Source of the DNA: Caldisericales bacterium
GTDB taxonomy: Bacteria > Caldisericota > Caldisericia > JAAYUI01
Assembly: GCA_022707885.1 (NCBI GenBank)
Contig: JAKIZT010000004.1
Coordinates: 12,243 to 76,242, forward strand
DNA: 64,000 bases
Direction of reading: 5' to 3'
A program made the translations under genes and the position numbers. The stretch's first letter is position 1, and each line of letters begins with the position of its first letter. The notes beneath the pieces are model-generated. The model searched no databases. It was not told the origin of the DNA and was given only the letters and a program-made list of their open reading frames with translations. This document shows positions 49,860-59,637 of this stretch, piece by piece.

Positions 49860-51328
49860 AGACTTTTTACTCCAAGCGCAAGGGCCTTTTCAGCTCTTTT
49901 TTTTAAGACCCTTCTCCTCCATATATATTCAAGGAAGAAGGCAAGAGCGAACACAAAACCATTGAAAAGGAGTATGGTGTATATGTATATGTTCCTGTCG
50001 GCATCCTTGAATGGTATCCAGTAAGACACCAGAGAGCCTATGAGGAAGAAGGTGAGGCCACCAATTGCAAGTGTTGTATAGGCTGGCCTTCCAGAGGCAT
50101 TTCGTTGCTCCCTCCTGTCAATCCAAGGAAGAGCAACAAGGAACACAATAAATAACACCGTCAGTAATGGCCCGATGGCACCAGGCAAGAACTTGAGATA
50201 GAAGTAGACAAACAGGAAGTACCAGTCTGGCAAGATGTGGTCAGGCGTCTTGACTGTGTTTGGTGGTGGCTCGCTGATTGCAGGCAAATACAATATTGCA
50301 CCAATTATAACAATCGCCAGTATCGCAAACATGACCCAGTTGAGTTTCGGGCGTTTCTTCCTCGACCTGATAAAATATAACTCGGCCGCGAGGAACATGG
50401 CGATCGGCAACAGGTAGTGCAATATATTGAATCTCAGGATTGTTGTCTGGCCAACCTGATGGGCGCCGAGGCCAATAAATTTGAGCGCAGCACCCAAACC
50501 CAAAGGACCAATTCCGGGCAAAAGATCAACTGTGTCAAGCATCTGCGTTCCAACCGTTGTTGCCCAGTAAGATCTCTGGTCAAACGGGAGAAGGTAACCG
50601 GTTACGCCAGAGAATGTTGAAATACAGACAACCAGTGTTGCAATTATCCAGGTCAATTCTCCGGGTTTTTTGAATTCTCCATTGAAATACATCCTGAGCC
50701 AGCGAAGCATGAGCAATGCTATGAAGCAATAAGCACCATACCTGTGTATTCCCCTTATCGTTCTGGTTACTGGGTTGCCCGAGATGTCCGCAACAGATAT
50801 GTACGCTTTTGATACGATGACTCCAAGGTCAGCAACAATTTCCTCCGGGGTTTTGCCTTCCATGGCCAGTATGTCCTTGCGCTGGCTGGTTATCGTTGCC
50901 CACTTGGTATCAACAAGAGCTTTTTCTTCATCTGTAGTAAGGGCAGCTTTTTCTTCATCACGCTGTGTTATTTCTTCCTGCGTGAGGAGCTCGTCCTCTG
51001 TCATCTCGCCAGCATCGATTTTTACTCTGAATTCCTCTGCTTCCTTCATTGCCCCTTCAATGGTAAGGCCATGTCCATACATGACTTTTGAAGGATCAAC
51101 TTTCTCAACAGGCGAGGTATCCGGAACATAATAGAATGTGAGCACGATGCCAACAACCACCTGAAGGATGAGGAGGATGTAGAGCATACCACCAATCCAG
51201 TAAAACGGATTTGATTTTTTCTTTTTTGGTGTTTCTTCATCAAAGATATTGACCTTGAGGCCTCTTATCTTCCACCATCTCATCCATGATTTTGTCAAGC
51301 CGTCAAGCCAGTTTGCAAATTTGTCCAT
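49856..51328 (-). CDS. Cytochrome b (full length, b6 plus subunit-IV regions) with a roughly 110-aa acidic insertion after helix A and apparently only one His-His heme-ligand pair
   Basis: Cyt b helix A NPFYWIGGMLYILLILQVVVGIVLTFYYVP. Helix B RGIHRYGAYCFIALLMLRWLRMYF has His at the first ligand position but Arg at +14. Helix D ILHYLLPIAMFLAAELYF has His at the first position but Tyr at +14. C-terminal PDWYFLFVYFYLKFLP (the PEWY-like motif). Insertion sequence EEFRVKIDAGEMTEDELLTQEEITQRDEEKAALTTDEEKAL. Confidence 0.7.
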   Translation of the reverse strand: MDKFANWLDGLTKSWMRWWKIRGLKVNIFDEETPKKKKSNPFYWIGGMLYILLILQVVVGIVLTFYYVPDTSPVEKVDPSKVMYGHGLTIEGAMKEAEEFRVKIDAGEMTEDELLTQEEITQRDEEKAALTTDEEKALVDTKWATITSQRKDILAMEGKTPEEIVADLGVIVSKAYISVADISGNPVTRTIRGIHRYGAYCFIALLMLRWLRMYFNGEFKKPGELTWIIATLVVCISTFSGVTGYLLPFDQRSYWATTVGTQMLDTVDLLPGIGPLGLGAALKFIGLGAHQVGQTTILRFNILHYLLPIAMFLAAELYFIRSRKKRPKLNWVMFAILAIVIIGAILYLPAISEPPPNTVKTPDHILPDWYFLFVYFYLKFLPGAIGPLLTVLFIVFLVALPWIDRREQRNASGRPAYTTLAIGGLTFFLIGSLVSYWIPFKDADRNIYIYTILLFNGFVFALAFFLEYIWRRRVLKKRAEKALALGVKSL

Positions 51329-51337
51329 TCTGGCCTC

Positions 51338-52186
51338 CTAAAAAGCCGCCGGCATTGCGGCGATCTGGGCTGATGTGAACACCGGGCCGTCCTGGCAGAC
51401 GTAGTTGTGTCCAACATTGCATCTTCCACATTTTCCGCAACCGCAGTTCATTCTGGCCTCAAGAGAAGCAAAAATCTTGTCTTTCGGGAACCCTATCTTG
51501 TCCAGACCAATGAGGGTGAACTTGATCATCACTGGCGGACCTGATATGACAATTGCAGTGTTTTTGAAGCCTGGGTCAATTTCAAACAGCAACCTCGACC
51601 TGTTTTTGAAGTTTGGATCATAATACTGTCCGACAACACCAACATCTTCTTTCCATGTGCTGTCACCCTTGTCGCATGATCTCTTTACCTCAACGTCTTT
51701 TACTTTTGCCCACTCGAAAATCTTGTTTTTGAAGACTTGGTCGGCAGGTGTTTTCGCACCATAGAGTATTTCTATCTTGCCGTAATCAGATCTCTTGTCG
51801 AGGGAATAGGTGAGCATGTTGCTTATGGCCGAGAAACCCACACCTCCGGCCATATAACTTATGTTCATGCCTTTGAGCGCATCCTTCGGGAAGCCGTTTC
51901 CATAGGGCCCCCTCAAAGTGACCCTGTCTCCAACCTTCATCCCATGGAGCTTCTCAGTCACCGCGCCAACTTTCATGATGGTCAGCTCAAGGTGTTCCCT
52001 CTTTGTTGGGGTGTTGCCAATGGATATCGAGCAGTCGCCAACACCAGGAACTCCAATTATGCAGAACTGGCCAGGATTATAGTCAAAATTCCCGCCATCC
52101 CTTTTGATGTAGAAAGTTTTGATATTTGGCGTTTCCTGTTCGATTTTTTCAATTGTGGCCATCTCTGGCAGATACGGGTTCGTCAC
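51338..52186 (-). CDS. FAD/NAD(P)-binding oxidoreductase with C-terminal [2Fe-2S] cluster (sulfhydrogenase gamma HydG / FlxA / AsrB-like)
   Basis: The probable GTG start (52186..52184; RBS GGGAGGT) gives MTNPYLPEMATIEKIEQETPNIKTFYIK. FNR-like FAD and NAD folds. C-terminal CGCGKCGRCNVGHNYVCQDGPVF (2Fe-2S). GTGA overlap with the upstream gene. Confidence 0.7.
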   Translation of the reverse strand: MTNPYLPEMATIEKIEQETPNIKTFYIKRDGGNFDYNPGQFCIIGVPGVGDCSISIGNTPTKREHLELTIMKVGAVTEKLHGMKVGDRVTLRGPYGNGFPKDALKGMNISYMAGGVGFSAISNMLTYSLDKRSDYGKIEILYGAKTPADQVFKNKIFEWAKVKDVEVKRSCDKGDSTWKEDVGVVGQYYDPNFKNRSRLLFEIDPGFKNTAIVISGPPVMIKFTLIGLDKIGFPKDKIFASLEARMNCGCGKCGRCNVGHNYVCQDGPVFTSAQIAAMPAAF

Positions 52187-53214
52187 AGCGCACCTCCCAG
52201 GGTCTTTAGTGTTTCTGAAAGCGAGATCCCTGACGGACAAAGATCAGAACACCTTCCGCATCCAGTGCAGGCAATCTCTCCATAGAGTGTCATGTGGTAT
52301 TGGTACTTGTCGAGAATTTTGTTTCTATAACGTGCGGCAACATCGGGTCTTGGGTTGTGGCCAGATGCCTCAAGCGAATAGACTGTGAAATGGCAGGAAT
52401 CCCAGCACTTGTCCCTGTCGCAGGAGACAGCACCAGTTTTGCGGTCTCTCATTTCAAAACAATGGCAAGTTGGGCAGAAGAACGTGCACACACCACAGGA
52501 GATGCAACCCTGACTCACTTTCTGCCAGATCGGGGACTCATAGAGTTTCATGTACTGGCCAGCTTTTGAAGTGTCCAGTTTGAAAATCATCATCGACTCA
52601 CAGGCCTTTTTGACTTTTTCCTGGGCTGCCTTGGCATCCCCGCCATCTTCGAACATGGATTTATTGGCCTCTATGAAAGCTTTTCCTTTTTCAGTCGAAA
52701 CAACAAGCTGGTATGAGTCACCTTCCGGAACCAGGAGAATGTCAGAGCCAGCTTCAGAAGCCGGGTGAATTCCAAGAGACGAGCAGGCGCATGTTGAGAG
52801 CGGTTTTTCGCAGGCAATTGCAATGATTAGCGTTTTGTCTCTCTTTTCTTTCCAGTATGGGTCCTCAAATGGTTGTTTGCCACCATCCTTGCGGTCTCTT
52901 GCAAGGAAGAAATTGTCCAGTACCTGGATGCCCCTGGCATCACATGGCCTGACCCCAAAAAGGATGGCCGGTTTTGAGGCATCTGCCTGATGAACCTTGT
53001 CGCTTTCTACTTTATATATCAATTCAGTTTGTGGAAAAACCGCTTCTTTGGCTGGTGTTGCAGTCCTTACAGTTTTGAGGTCAATAGATTTTATATCCTC
53101 AACCTTTTTGAAATTTGTGACTGCACCATTCTTTTGCGGGGCATAAACAACATGGGTTTTTCTTGATTCATCAATCAGGGAGAGCATTTTTTCTTTTTTG
53201 ATTTTCATGTTCAC
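52183..53214 (-). CDS. Fe-S subunit of the sulfhydrogenase-beta / AsrA / FlxB family
   Basis: GVRPCDARG N-terminal motif, CISCGVCTFFCPTCHCFEMRD and CTGCGRCSDLCPSG 4Fe-4S motifs. 343 aa. Start overlaps the upstream stop. Confidence 0.7.
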   Translation of the reverse strand: MNMKIKKEKMLSLIDESRKTHVVYAPQKNGAVTNFKKVEDIKSIDLKTVRTATPAKEAVFPQTELIYKVESDKVHQADASKPAILFGVRPCDARGIQVLDNFFLARDRKDGGKQPFEDPYWKEKRDKTLIIAIACEKPLSTCACSSLGIHPASEAGSDILLVPEGDSYQLVVSTEKGKAFIEANKSMFEDGGDAKAAQEKVKKACESMMIFKLDTSKAGQYMKLYESPIWQKVSQGCISCGVCTFFCPTCHCFEMRDRKTGAVSCDRDKCWDSCHFTVYSLEASGHNPRPDVAARYRNKILDKYQYHMTLYGEIACTGCGRCSDLCPSGISLSETLKTLGGAL

Positions 53215-54200
53215 CTCCCCAACACTTCTTCAACTTTATACAGGGCCAGTGGCGTTTTTGCCTTGTCACTGGTGCCTGGTTCAAAGTCCCAGGTTGTTTT
53301 TGTCATATAGCCAAGCTGCTCTGTTATGAGATTGAGCGGGATGCTTTCCGGGCAAGCCCTTGCACATTCACCACAATTTGTGCATCTGTCGGAGAGGTGG
53401 AAGTAGTGGATAAAGTGGTATGTCAGGATCGAGGCAAGGGAAGTTCCCTTTTGAAGATAGGGCTCAGGGAGCTTCGGATAGTCCATGATGCAGTTTGTGT
53501 TGCAGTAGCAACCCGGGCAGGCATCTCTGCAAGCAAAACACATTGTGCACCTTGAAAGCTGGGAGATAATGTATGCCCTGCGCTCCTCGAAAGGCTTCTG
53601 CAGGTATGACTCCATCCACTTTTCCCAGTTTTTGGTAGGTTTTTTCGGCATGTCATCAGGAAGTAACTCGTCAACCTCGAGTGCTGATGTATACGGGCAG
53701 CGTAAGCACCTTGGATCGTAATAATCCGATTTTACCAGATCAGCTTTCTTGCCGTCGAGCATTTCTACATGCAGTGTTGTTCCATCATCAGTGATATTTT
53801 TGATGTCAGAATCAAGACCCGACCTGACAAGATCAATGTCGATAGTGCCAGGGCACTTTACACCAATAACCCAGAGATTGTCCCTGTCAACTTTATTTTC
53901 TGCTACGTTGGCAAGAAGGTTTCTGGAATCACAGCCTTTGACCATGACACCAAACTTCTGCCCCTTCTTTAGTTCAGGTATATAAAATGTTTTTCCACCA
54001 AGGAGTCTTGAAAGGTTCTCTCTTGAAAAGGAATTGAAAACCAGGAGATCTACCTCTTCTGGGGTAGTGGCAACAAATGCCCTGGTTTTTCCAGGCATGT
54101 CAGCGACTTCCCTCCAGCCAAGGAAACCGGCAATTTTTCCTGATTTTATGGCTTCTTTTACGATTTTCCTGAAGTAGGCGAGGGTTTTTTCTGTCATCAT
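53211..54200 (-). CDS. Second HydB/FlxC-like Fe-S subunit (paralogous architecture)
   Basis: GVMVKGCDSRNL (cf. GVRPCDA), CTMCFACRDACPGCYCNTNC (cf. CPTCHCF) and CTNCGECARACPES motifs. 4-nt overlaps with both neighbours. Confidence 0.6.
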   Translation of the reverse strand: MMTEKTLAYFRKIVKEAIKSGKIAGFLGWREVADMPGKTRAFVATTPEEVDLLVFNSFSRENLSRLLGGKTFYIPELKKGQKFGVMVKGCDSRNLLANVAENKVDRDNLWVIGVKCPGTIDIDLVRSGLDSDIKNITDDGTTLHVEMLDGKKADLVKSDYYDPRCLRCPYTSALEVDELLPDDMPKKPTKNWEKWMESYLQKPFEERRAYIISQLSRCTMCFACRDACPGCYCNTNCIMDYPKLPEPYLQKGTSLASILTYHFIHYFHLSDRCTNCGECARACPESIPLNLITEQLGYMTKTTWDFEPGTSDKAKTPLALYKVEEVLGR

Positions 54201-54604
54201 GCTTCCACCCCCATACTATCAAGTTTGCGCTTCATTGCAGAAATCTCTCTTGTCAAAACACCATAATCGAGGGGATCTTTCTGGACGTAGGAGAGCCTTT
54301 CTGGGTCAACACCAAGCGCTTCTGCAACCGACTGTGCTGCAAAAACCCTGCGTTTTGCAAACATGTTTCCATCAAAATTGTGGCAATCGTTGAGAGGACA
54401 ACCATAGATGATGATTGCTCCAACACCCTCCACCAAAGCCTTAAAGGCAACAACAGGATTGAGCCTACCTGTGCAAGAAAGCTTTACAAAGCCAACTTCA
54501 GGAAACTTGTCTTTGTGGTTTTCAAGGTCTTTGCCCTTCAGGGCTGATTCACAATGGAAAACGATTATTTTTCTTTTGATCGGGAGATCTTCTATTGAAG
54601 GCAT
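54197..54604 (-). CDS. Methyl-viologen-reducing hydrogenase delta subunit-like protein (MvhD/FlxD family, [2Fe-2S])
   Basis: 135 aa. KIIVFHCES...KLSCTGRLNP...IIIYGCPLNDCHNFDGNMFAKRRV matches the MvhD/FlpD pattern (C..C...C.P..DCH...GN). Confidence 0.75.
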   Translation of the reverse strand: MPSIEDLPIKRKIIVFHCESALKGKDLENHKDKFPEVGFVKLSCTGRLNPVVAFKALVEGVGAIIIYGCPLNDCHNFDGNMFAKRRVFAAQSVAEALGVDPERLSYVQKDPLDYGVLTREISAMKRKLDSMGVEA

Positions 54605-55656
54605 AAGCCCTTTACCTCCTCGAGTATGACTTTGTTCTCAAAACCTTCCAGGTCAATGACCTGCGGCAGACAGCCAGCAACACAGATTCCACAAGCCTGG
54701 CATTTTTTTCTTACAACAAAAGCAACGTCTTTTGTCTTGTTTCTGGATATATTGAATTTCTTTTGTGTTATCGCGTTCTTCGGGCAAAGTGTAATGCAGG
54801 TGAAACACCCGGAACAACGGACAGGGTCAACAACGGCGGCTGTTTTAATCTTCCTGCCAAAAAATGGCAGTGCAATCAGAACTGCGATGAGGAACCCCCA
54901 GGCACTTGCCGCAATGGTGGGACTGCCAAGTCGTATTGTGAATAGTCCTATCCAGTCGAAAACATATTTTCCAGCCTTGAGATCTGTTTTGCCAGCGATT
55001 GGGAACAGGCCGACAATCACGGCAAGAACTCCAAGGAAAATTAATGAGAGGGCAAACGTTGGGATAACTGGCGGTCTGGAAATCCTGGCAAAATGCCATA
55101 CAAGAAGAGCGAAGACGAGGATTGGAGCTCCAATATGGAACGCCCTGTAAATAACAAGCAGGGCAACCTCCGTTATCTGGCCTCTTCCAAAGAATTTGAG
55201 TATTTCAGACGCCCTTCCATCCATCGGGAGGATGTAGCCTGTTATGGTTATGAGTACTGTGAACACCAGCAGTGCGACACCGACAAACCACCCCACAGAC
55301 CTGGTGCTTGTGTGTCTTTGGGCAAAAAGCTTCCTGAGCATGTGCGCTGCTGCAAAAAGAATCATTGCATCAGCGGCATACCTGTGAAGCGTCCTTATGA
55401 AAAGGCCATAAGGTATTTTGTCCGACATGATGTACATGATTGATTTTTGGGCCTGGTCCAGAGATGGCATATAGAAAAAGCTCAGGACAAAACCTGTCAG
55501 TATCTGGATGAACAACAAAAGGAAGGTTATCGAGCCAAGACTATTGAGAATATTGACCGATTCAAAACCCGCCTTCAGGACATCAAAGATTCCCAATGTC
55601 CCGTTTATGAGAAAATTCAACGGCTTAAAAGGACTATAGGATTTGCTTGGGCTCAT
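54592..55656 (-). CDS. Cytochrome b6-like membrane protein fused to a C-terminal 2x[4Fe-4S] ferredoxin domain
   Basis: Helix A FIQILTGFVLSFFYMPS. Helix B TLHRYAADAMILFAAAHMLRKLF (His, His +14). Helix D AFHIGAPILVFALLVWHF (His, His +14). C-terminal CSGCFTCITLCP ... CQACGICVAGCLP. Start taken at MSPSK (ATGA overlap with the Rieske stop). Confidence 0.7.
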   Translation of the reverse strand: MSPSKSYSPFKPLNFLINGTLGIFDVLKAGFESVNILNSLGSITFLLLFIQILTGFVLSFFYMPSLDQAQKSIMYIMSDKIPYGLFIRTLHRYAADAMILFAAAHMLRKLFAQRHTSTRSVGWFVGVALLVFTVLITITGYILPMDGRASEILKFFGRGQITEVALLVIYRAFHIGAPILVFALLVWHFARISRPPVIPTFALSLIFLGVLAVIVGLFPIAGKTDLKAGKYVFDWIGLFTIRLGSPTIAASAWGFLIAVLIALPFFGRKIKTAAVVDPVRCSGCFTCITLCPKNAITQKKFNISRNKTKDVAFVVRKKCQACGICVAGCLPQVIDLEGFENKVILEEVKGLCLQ

Positions 55657-55658
55657 AG

Positions 55659-56216
55659 TCACACCTTTTCCACTGTTATTGCACCAGAACCTTGATCCCA
55701 TTCCACTTTCCATGGTTTAAGGGCTGATGGAGGCGGGCCTGCAATGACATTTGCAGTTACCGGGTCAAAGAAACCGTCATGACAACGACAGTGCCAGTTG
55801 TTCGAAACCGAATCCCAGTAAATGACACATGCAAGATGGGTGCATTTTGCATCCCAGGCGTGGAGTTTGCCTTCCTTGTCCTTGATCAATACTCCTGGGT
55901 TGCTGATTTTTACTGGTTTGGTTGGAATCGAAGTGTCGACAGTAACAATTTCAAATGAATAGCCAAGCATTTCTTTCATCGAGTTGTAATTAGCTTCAAC
56001 ATCCGTAAAGCTTGTCCCACCACCAGCAAGCATTGGCTCTCTCATGCTCGAGAGAACAACTCTCGCAACAGATGGTGGTGGAATTGCCAGACCAAGTTTG
56101 CCAAAAGGCTTCAACAACCTTAGCACTGGTGAAATCGCCCCTGCGAGCAAGCCCAGGAGCGGCAAGCCTAGAAGGACCTTGAGCAATTCTCGTCTTGTAA
56201 CCTCTTTTTGACTCAC
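55659..56216 (-). CDS. Rieske [2Fe-2S] protein with twin-arginine (Tat) signal
   Basis: Box I CTHLAC and box II CRCHDG. TRRELLKVLLGLPLLGLLAGA Tat signal. The likely GTG start at 56216 (RBS GGAGGA 4 nt upstream) places the RR near the N-terminus. The ORF track ATG 56243 has no RBS. Confidence 0.8.
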   Translation of the reverse strand: MSQKEVTRRELLKVLLGLPLLGLLAGAISPVLRLLKPFGKLGLAIPPPSVARVVLSSMREPMLAGGGTSFTDVEANYNSMKEMLGYSFEIVTVDTSIPTKPVKISNPGVLIKDKEGKLHAWDAKCTHLACVIYWDSVSNNWHCRCHDGFFDPVTANVIAGPPPSALKPWKVEWDQGSGAITVEKV

Positions 56217-56530
56217 GCTGTCCTCCGAATTGAGAATTTGCATGGACTCAAAGTTAATACGACAATTTGTTTAAGTCAAATTAGAGTTTATTTAATGATG
56301 CATTCAAAACAACACTGGTTTTTTGATGACTTCATAATTAAAGGTTAAAAAGTTCGGTTAAGAGATGTTTTTTACAATAATTTGTCAATAACAAAGAAAA
56401 CCAATTTCCAATACAATTTCTTAAACTACCCTAAAATATGAAAAGAAAACCATGTTTTTATGCAAAGAATGAAATCTTGTTAAATACCACATTTAATTGT
56501 GGGTATGAGAAATGATTTCAGATTTGAGAA

Positions 56531-56575
56531 AAACAAAAAACCGGGGACTAAAAAAAGTCCCCGGTTTTTTGTTCC
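56531..56575. terminator. Bidirectional rho-independent terminator downstream of groEL
   Basis: AAAAAACCGGGGACT-AAAAAAA-GTCCCCGGTTTTTT: perfect 9-bp GC-rich stem flanked by an A-run and a T-run. Confidence 0.85.
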
Positions 56576-56588
56576 AAACTTGTCAGAA

Positions 56589-58220
<1,632 letters not shown>

Positions 58221-58223
58221 TTA

Positions 58224-58511
58224 TTATTCTACTACCGCGAGAAGGTCTCTCTCGGAAAGAATTACCAGGTTGTCACCCTCGATTTTGATGTCTGTTCCAC
58301 CATACTTTGCATAAATAATCTTCTGGCCAACCTTAATGTCCATTGGAACCCTTACACCATTGTCCAGGATCTTTCCTGGTCCAACAGCAATAACTTCTCC
58401 TCTTACTGGTTTTTCTTTGGCGGTGTCCGGGATGTAAAGCCCGCCTTTTTTAGTTTCCTCTTCATCAAGAGGTTTAATGATAACTCTGTCTCCAAGCGGT
58501 CTTAGATTCAT
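58224..58511 (-). CDS. groES: Co-chaperonin GroES
   Basis: MNLRPLGDRVIIKP...GLYIPDTAKEKP. 95 aa. RBS GGAGGA. Confidence 0.95.
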   Translation of the reverse strand: MNLRPLGDRVIIKPLDEEETKKGGLYIPDTAKEKPVRGEVIAVGPGKILDNGVRVPMDIKVGQKIIYAKYGGTDIKIEGDNLVILSERDLLAVVE

Positions 58512-58524
58512 GCTATCCTCCTTG

Positions 58525-58551
58525 CATATTTTTTAGCAGTCTTATGATGTA
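58525..58551 (-). promoter_or_regulatory. CIRCE-like inverted repeat (HrcA operator) upstream of groES
   Basis: TTAGCAGT-N11-ACTGCTAA: perfect 8-bp arms (cf. CIRCE TTAGCACTC-N9-GAGTGCTAA), 14 nt upstream of the groES start, between the promoter and the RBS. Confidence 0.7.
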
Positions 58552-58561
58552 ACTGCTAACC

Positions 58562-58590
58562 AAGGACATCTTATATCAATGTCCCAAAGT
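58562..58590 (-). promoter_or_regulatory. sigma70-type groESL promoter (TTGACA, 17 nt spacer, TATAAG) on the minus strand
   Basis: Minus-strand reading: TTGACAaaactttgggacattgaTATAAG. -35 at 58590..58585, -10 at 58567..58562. Confidence 0.6.
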
Positions 58591-58752
58591 TTTGTCAAGT
58601 GCCAAAGATTTCGTTTTCACTTAATCTAAACAACATGCAAATGGCATTGGCTAAGACTTCAATCACGATATTAATTGGCACTCAGAGTACATATTTGCAA
58701 ACCTCATCGTTTCTTGACCTAAGCAAAAGCAGAACTACAATTATTTTTTGCG

Positions 58753-59637
58753 ATGAGCTACAATTTTAGACATGAGATAAAACGATATACTTGGATTGCG
58801 GCGGGAGTAATAATCGAGTCGCTTTCCTATGCTTTGTTCCTCGTACCAAACAAAATAGCACCTGGTGGAATGACGGCCGTTGCCATCATTGTCAATTCTT
58901 TGACCAATGGTTTTTTGCCAGTAGGCTTCTCATACTTCTTGCTCAATCTGCCGTGGCTTGGTCTGGCATGGAAAAAAATGGGCCACAAATACATCACCAG
59001 AACCCTTGTGATATCTTTCATTTCGTTTATTTTTACTGACTTGTTTATATTTTTTATCAATAAATATCTTCCTGCGAAGCTTACATCCGATATGCTTCTT
59101 GCTTCAGTTTTCGGCGGAATTCTCAATGGATTGGGGATAGGTCTGACATTCAAAAACAGGGCAAGCGCAGGCGGAACCGATCTTATATCGCAAGTAATTC
59201 ACTACTACACCAAATTTCCTTTCGGTCAGACTGTCTTGATCGTTGATTCGGTGGTAATAATAGGGCTCGCATTTTATTTCCAGAACGCAAACCTGTTCAT
59301 ATATGCCATGGTTGCCCTTGTCATAAGCAGCTTCGTAATAGATGCCGTTCAAGAAGGCATTTCTTTTACAAAATGCATGAGTATTATTACAACAGAAACG
59401 GAACAAATAAGAGAAAATTTGATATTGCGCTTGGGTAGGGGATTTACAATAATAGACGTCAAGGGTGGATTCACTGGAGATGACAAAAAAATGCTGGTAA
59501 TGGCCGTTCACAGGTCACAACTTGCGGAGGCCAAAAAAATCATTCTCGAAACCGATCCAAAATCCTTTATTATGGTCGGCCCTTTAAATGAAGTCTTGGG
59601 TGAGGGATTCAAAAACCCGAAAATGGAGGAGTGGTAA
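58753..59637 (+). CDS. YitT-family membrane protein (DUF161 plus DUF2179)
   Basis: About 5 TM helices, then a C-terminal soluble DUF2179-like domain (TIIDVKGGFTGDDKKML). Confidence 0.7.
   Translation: MSYNFRHEIKRYTWIAAGVIIESLSYALFLVPNKIAPGGMTAVAIIVNSLTNGFLPVGFSYFLLNLPWLGLAWKKMGHKYITRTLVISFISFIFTDLFIFFINKYLPAKLTSDMLLASVFGGILNGLGIGLTFKNRASAGGTDLISQVIHYYTKFPFGQTVLIVDSVVIIGLAFYFQNANLFIYAMVALVISSFVIDAVQEGISFTKCMSIITTETEQIRENLILRLGRGFTIIDVKGGFTGDDKKMLVMAVHRSQLAEAKKIILETDPKSFIMVGPLNEVLGEGFKNPKMEEW

Noticed and set aside
51338-53214. Interpretation as anaerobic sulfite reductase AsrAB
   Set aside because: No siroheme AsrC gene follows. Instead an MvhD-like gene and a second HydB-like gene precede, which fits Flx/Hyd-type modules better.
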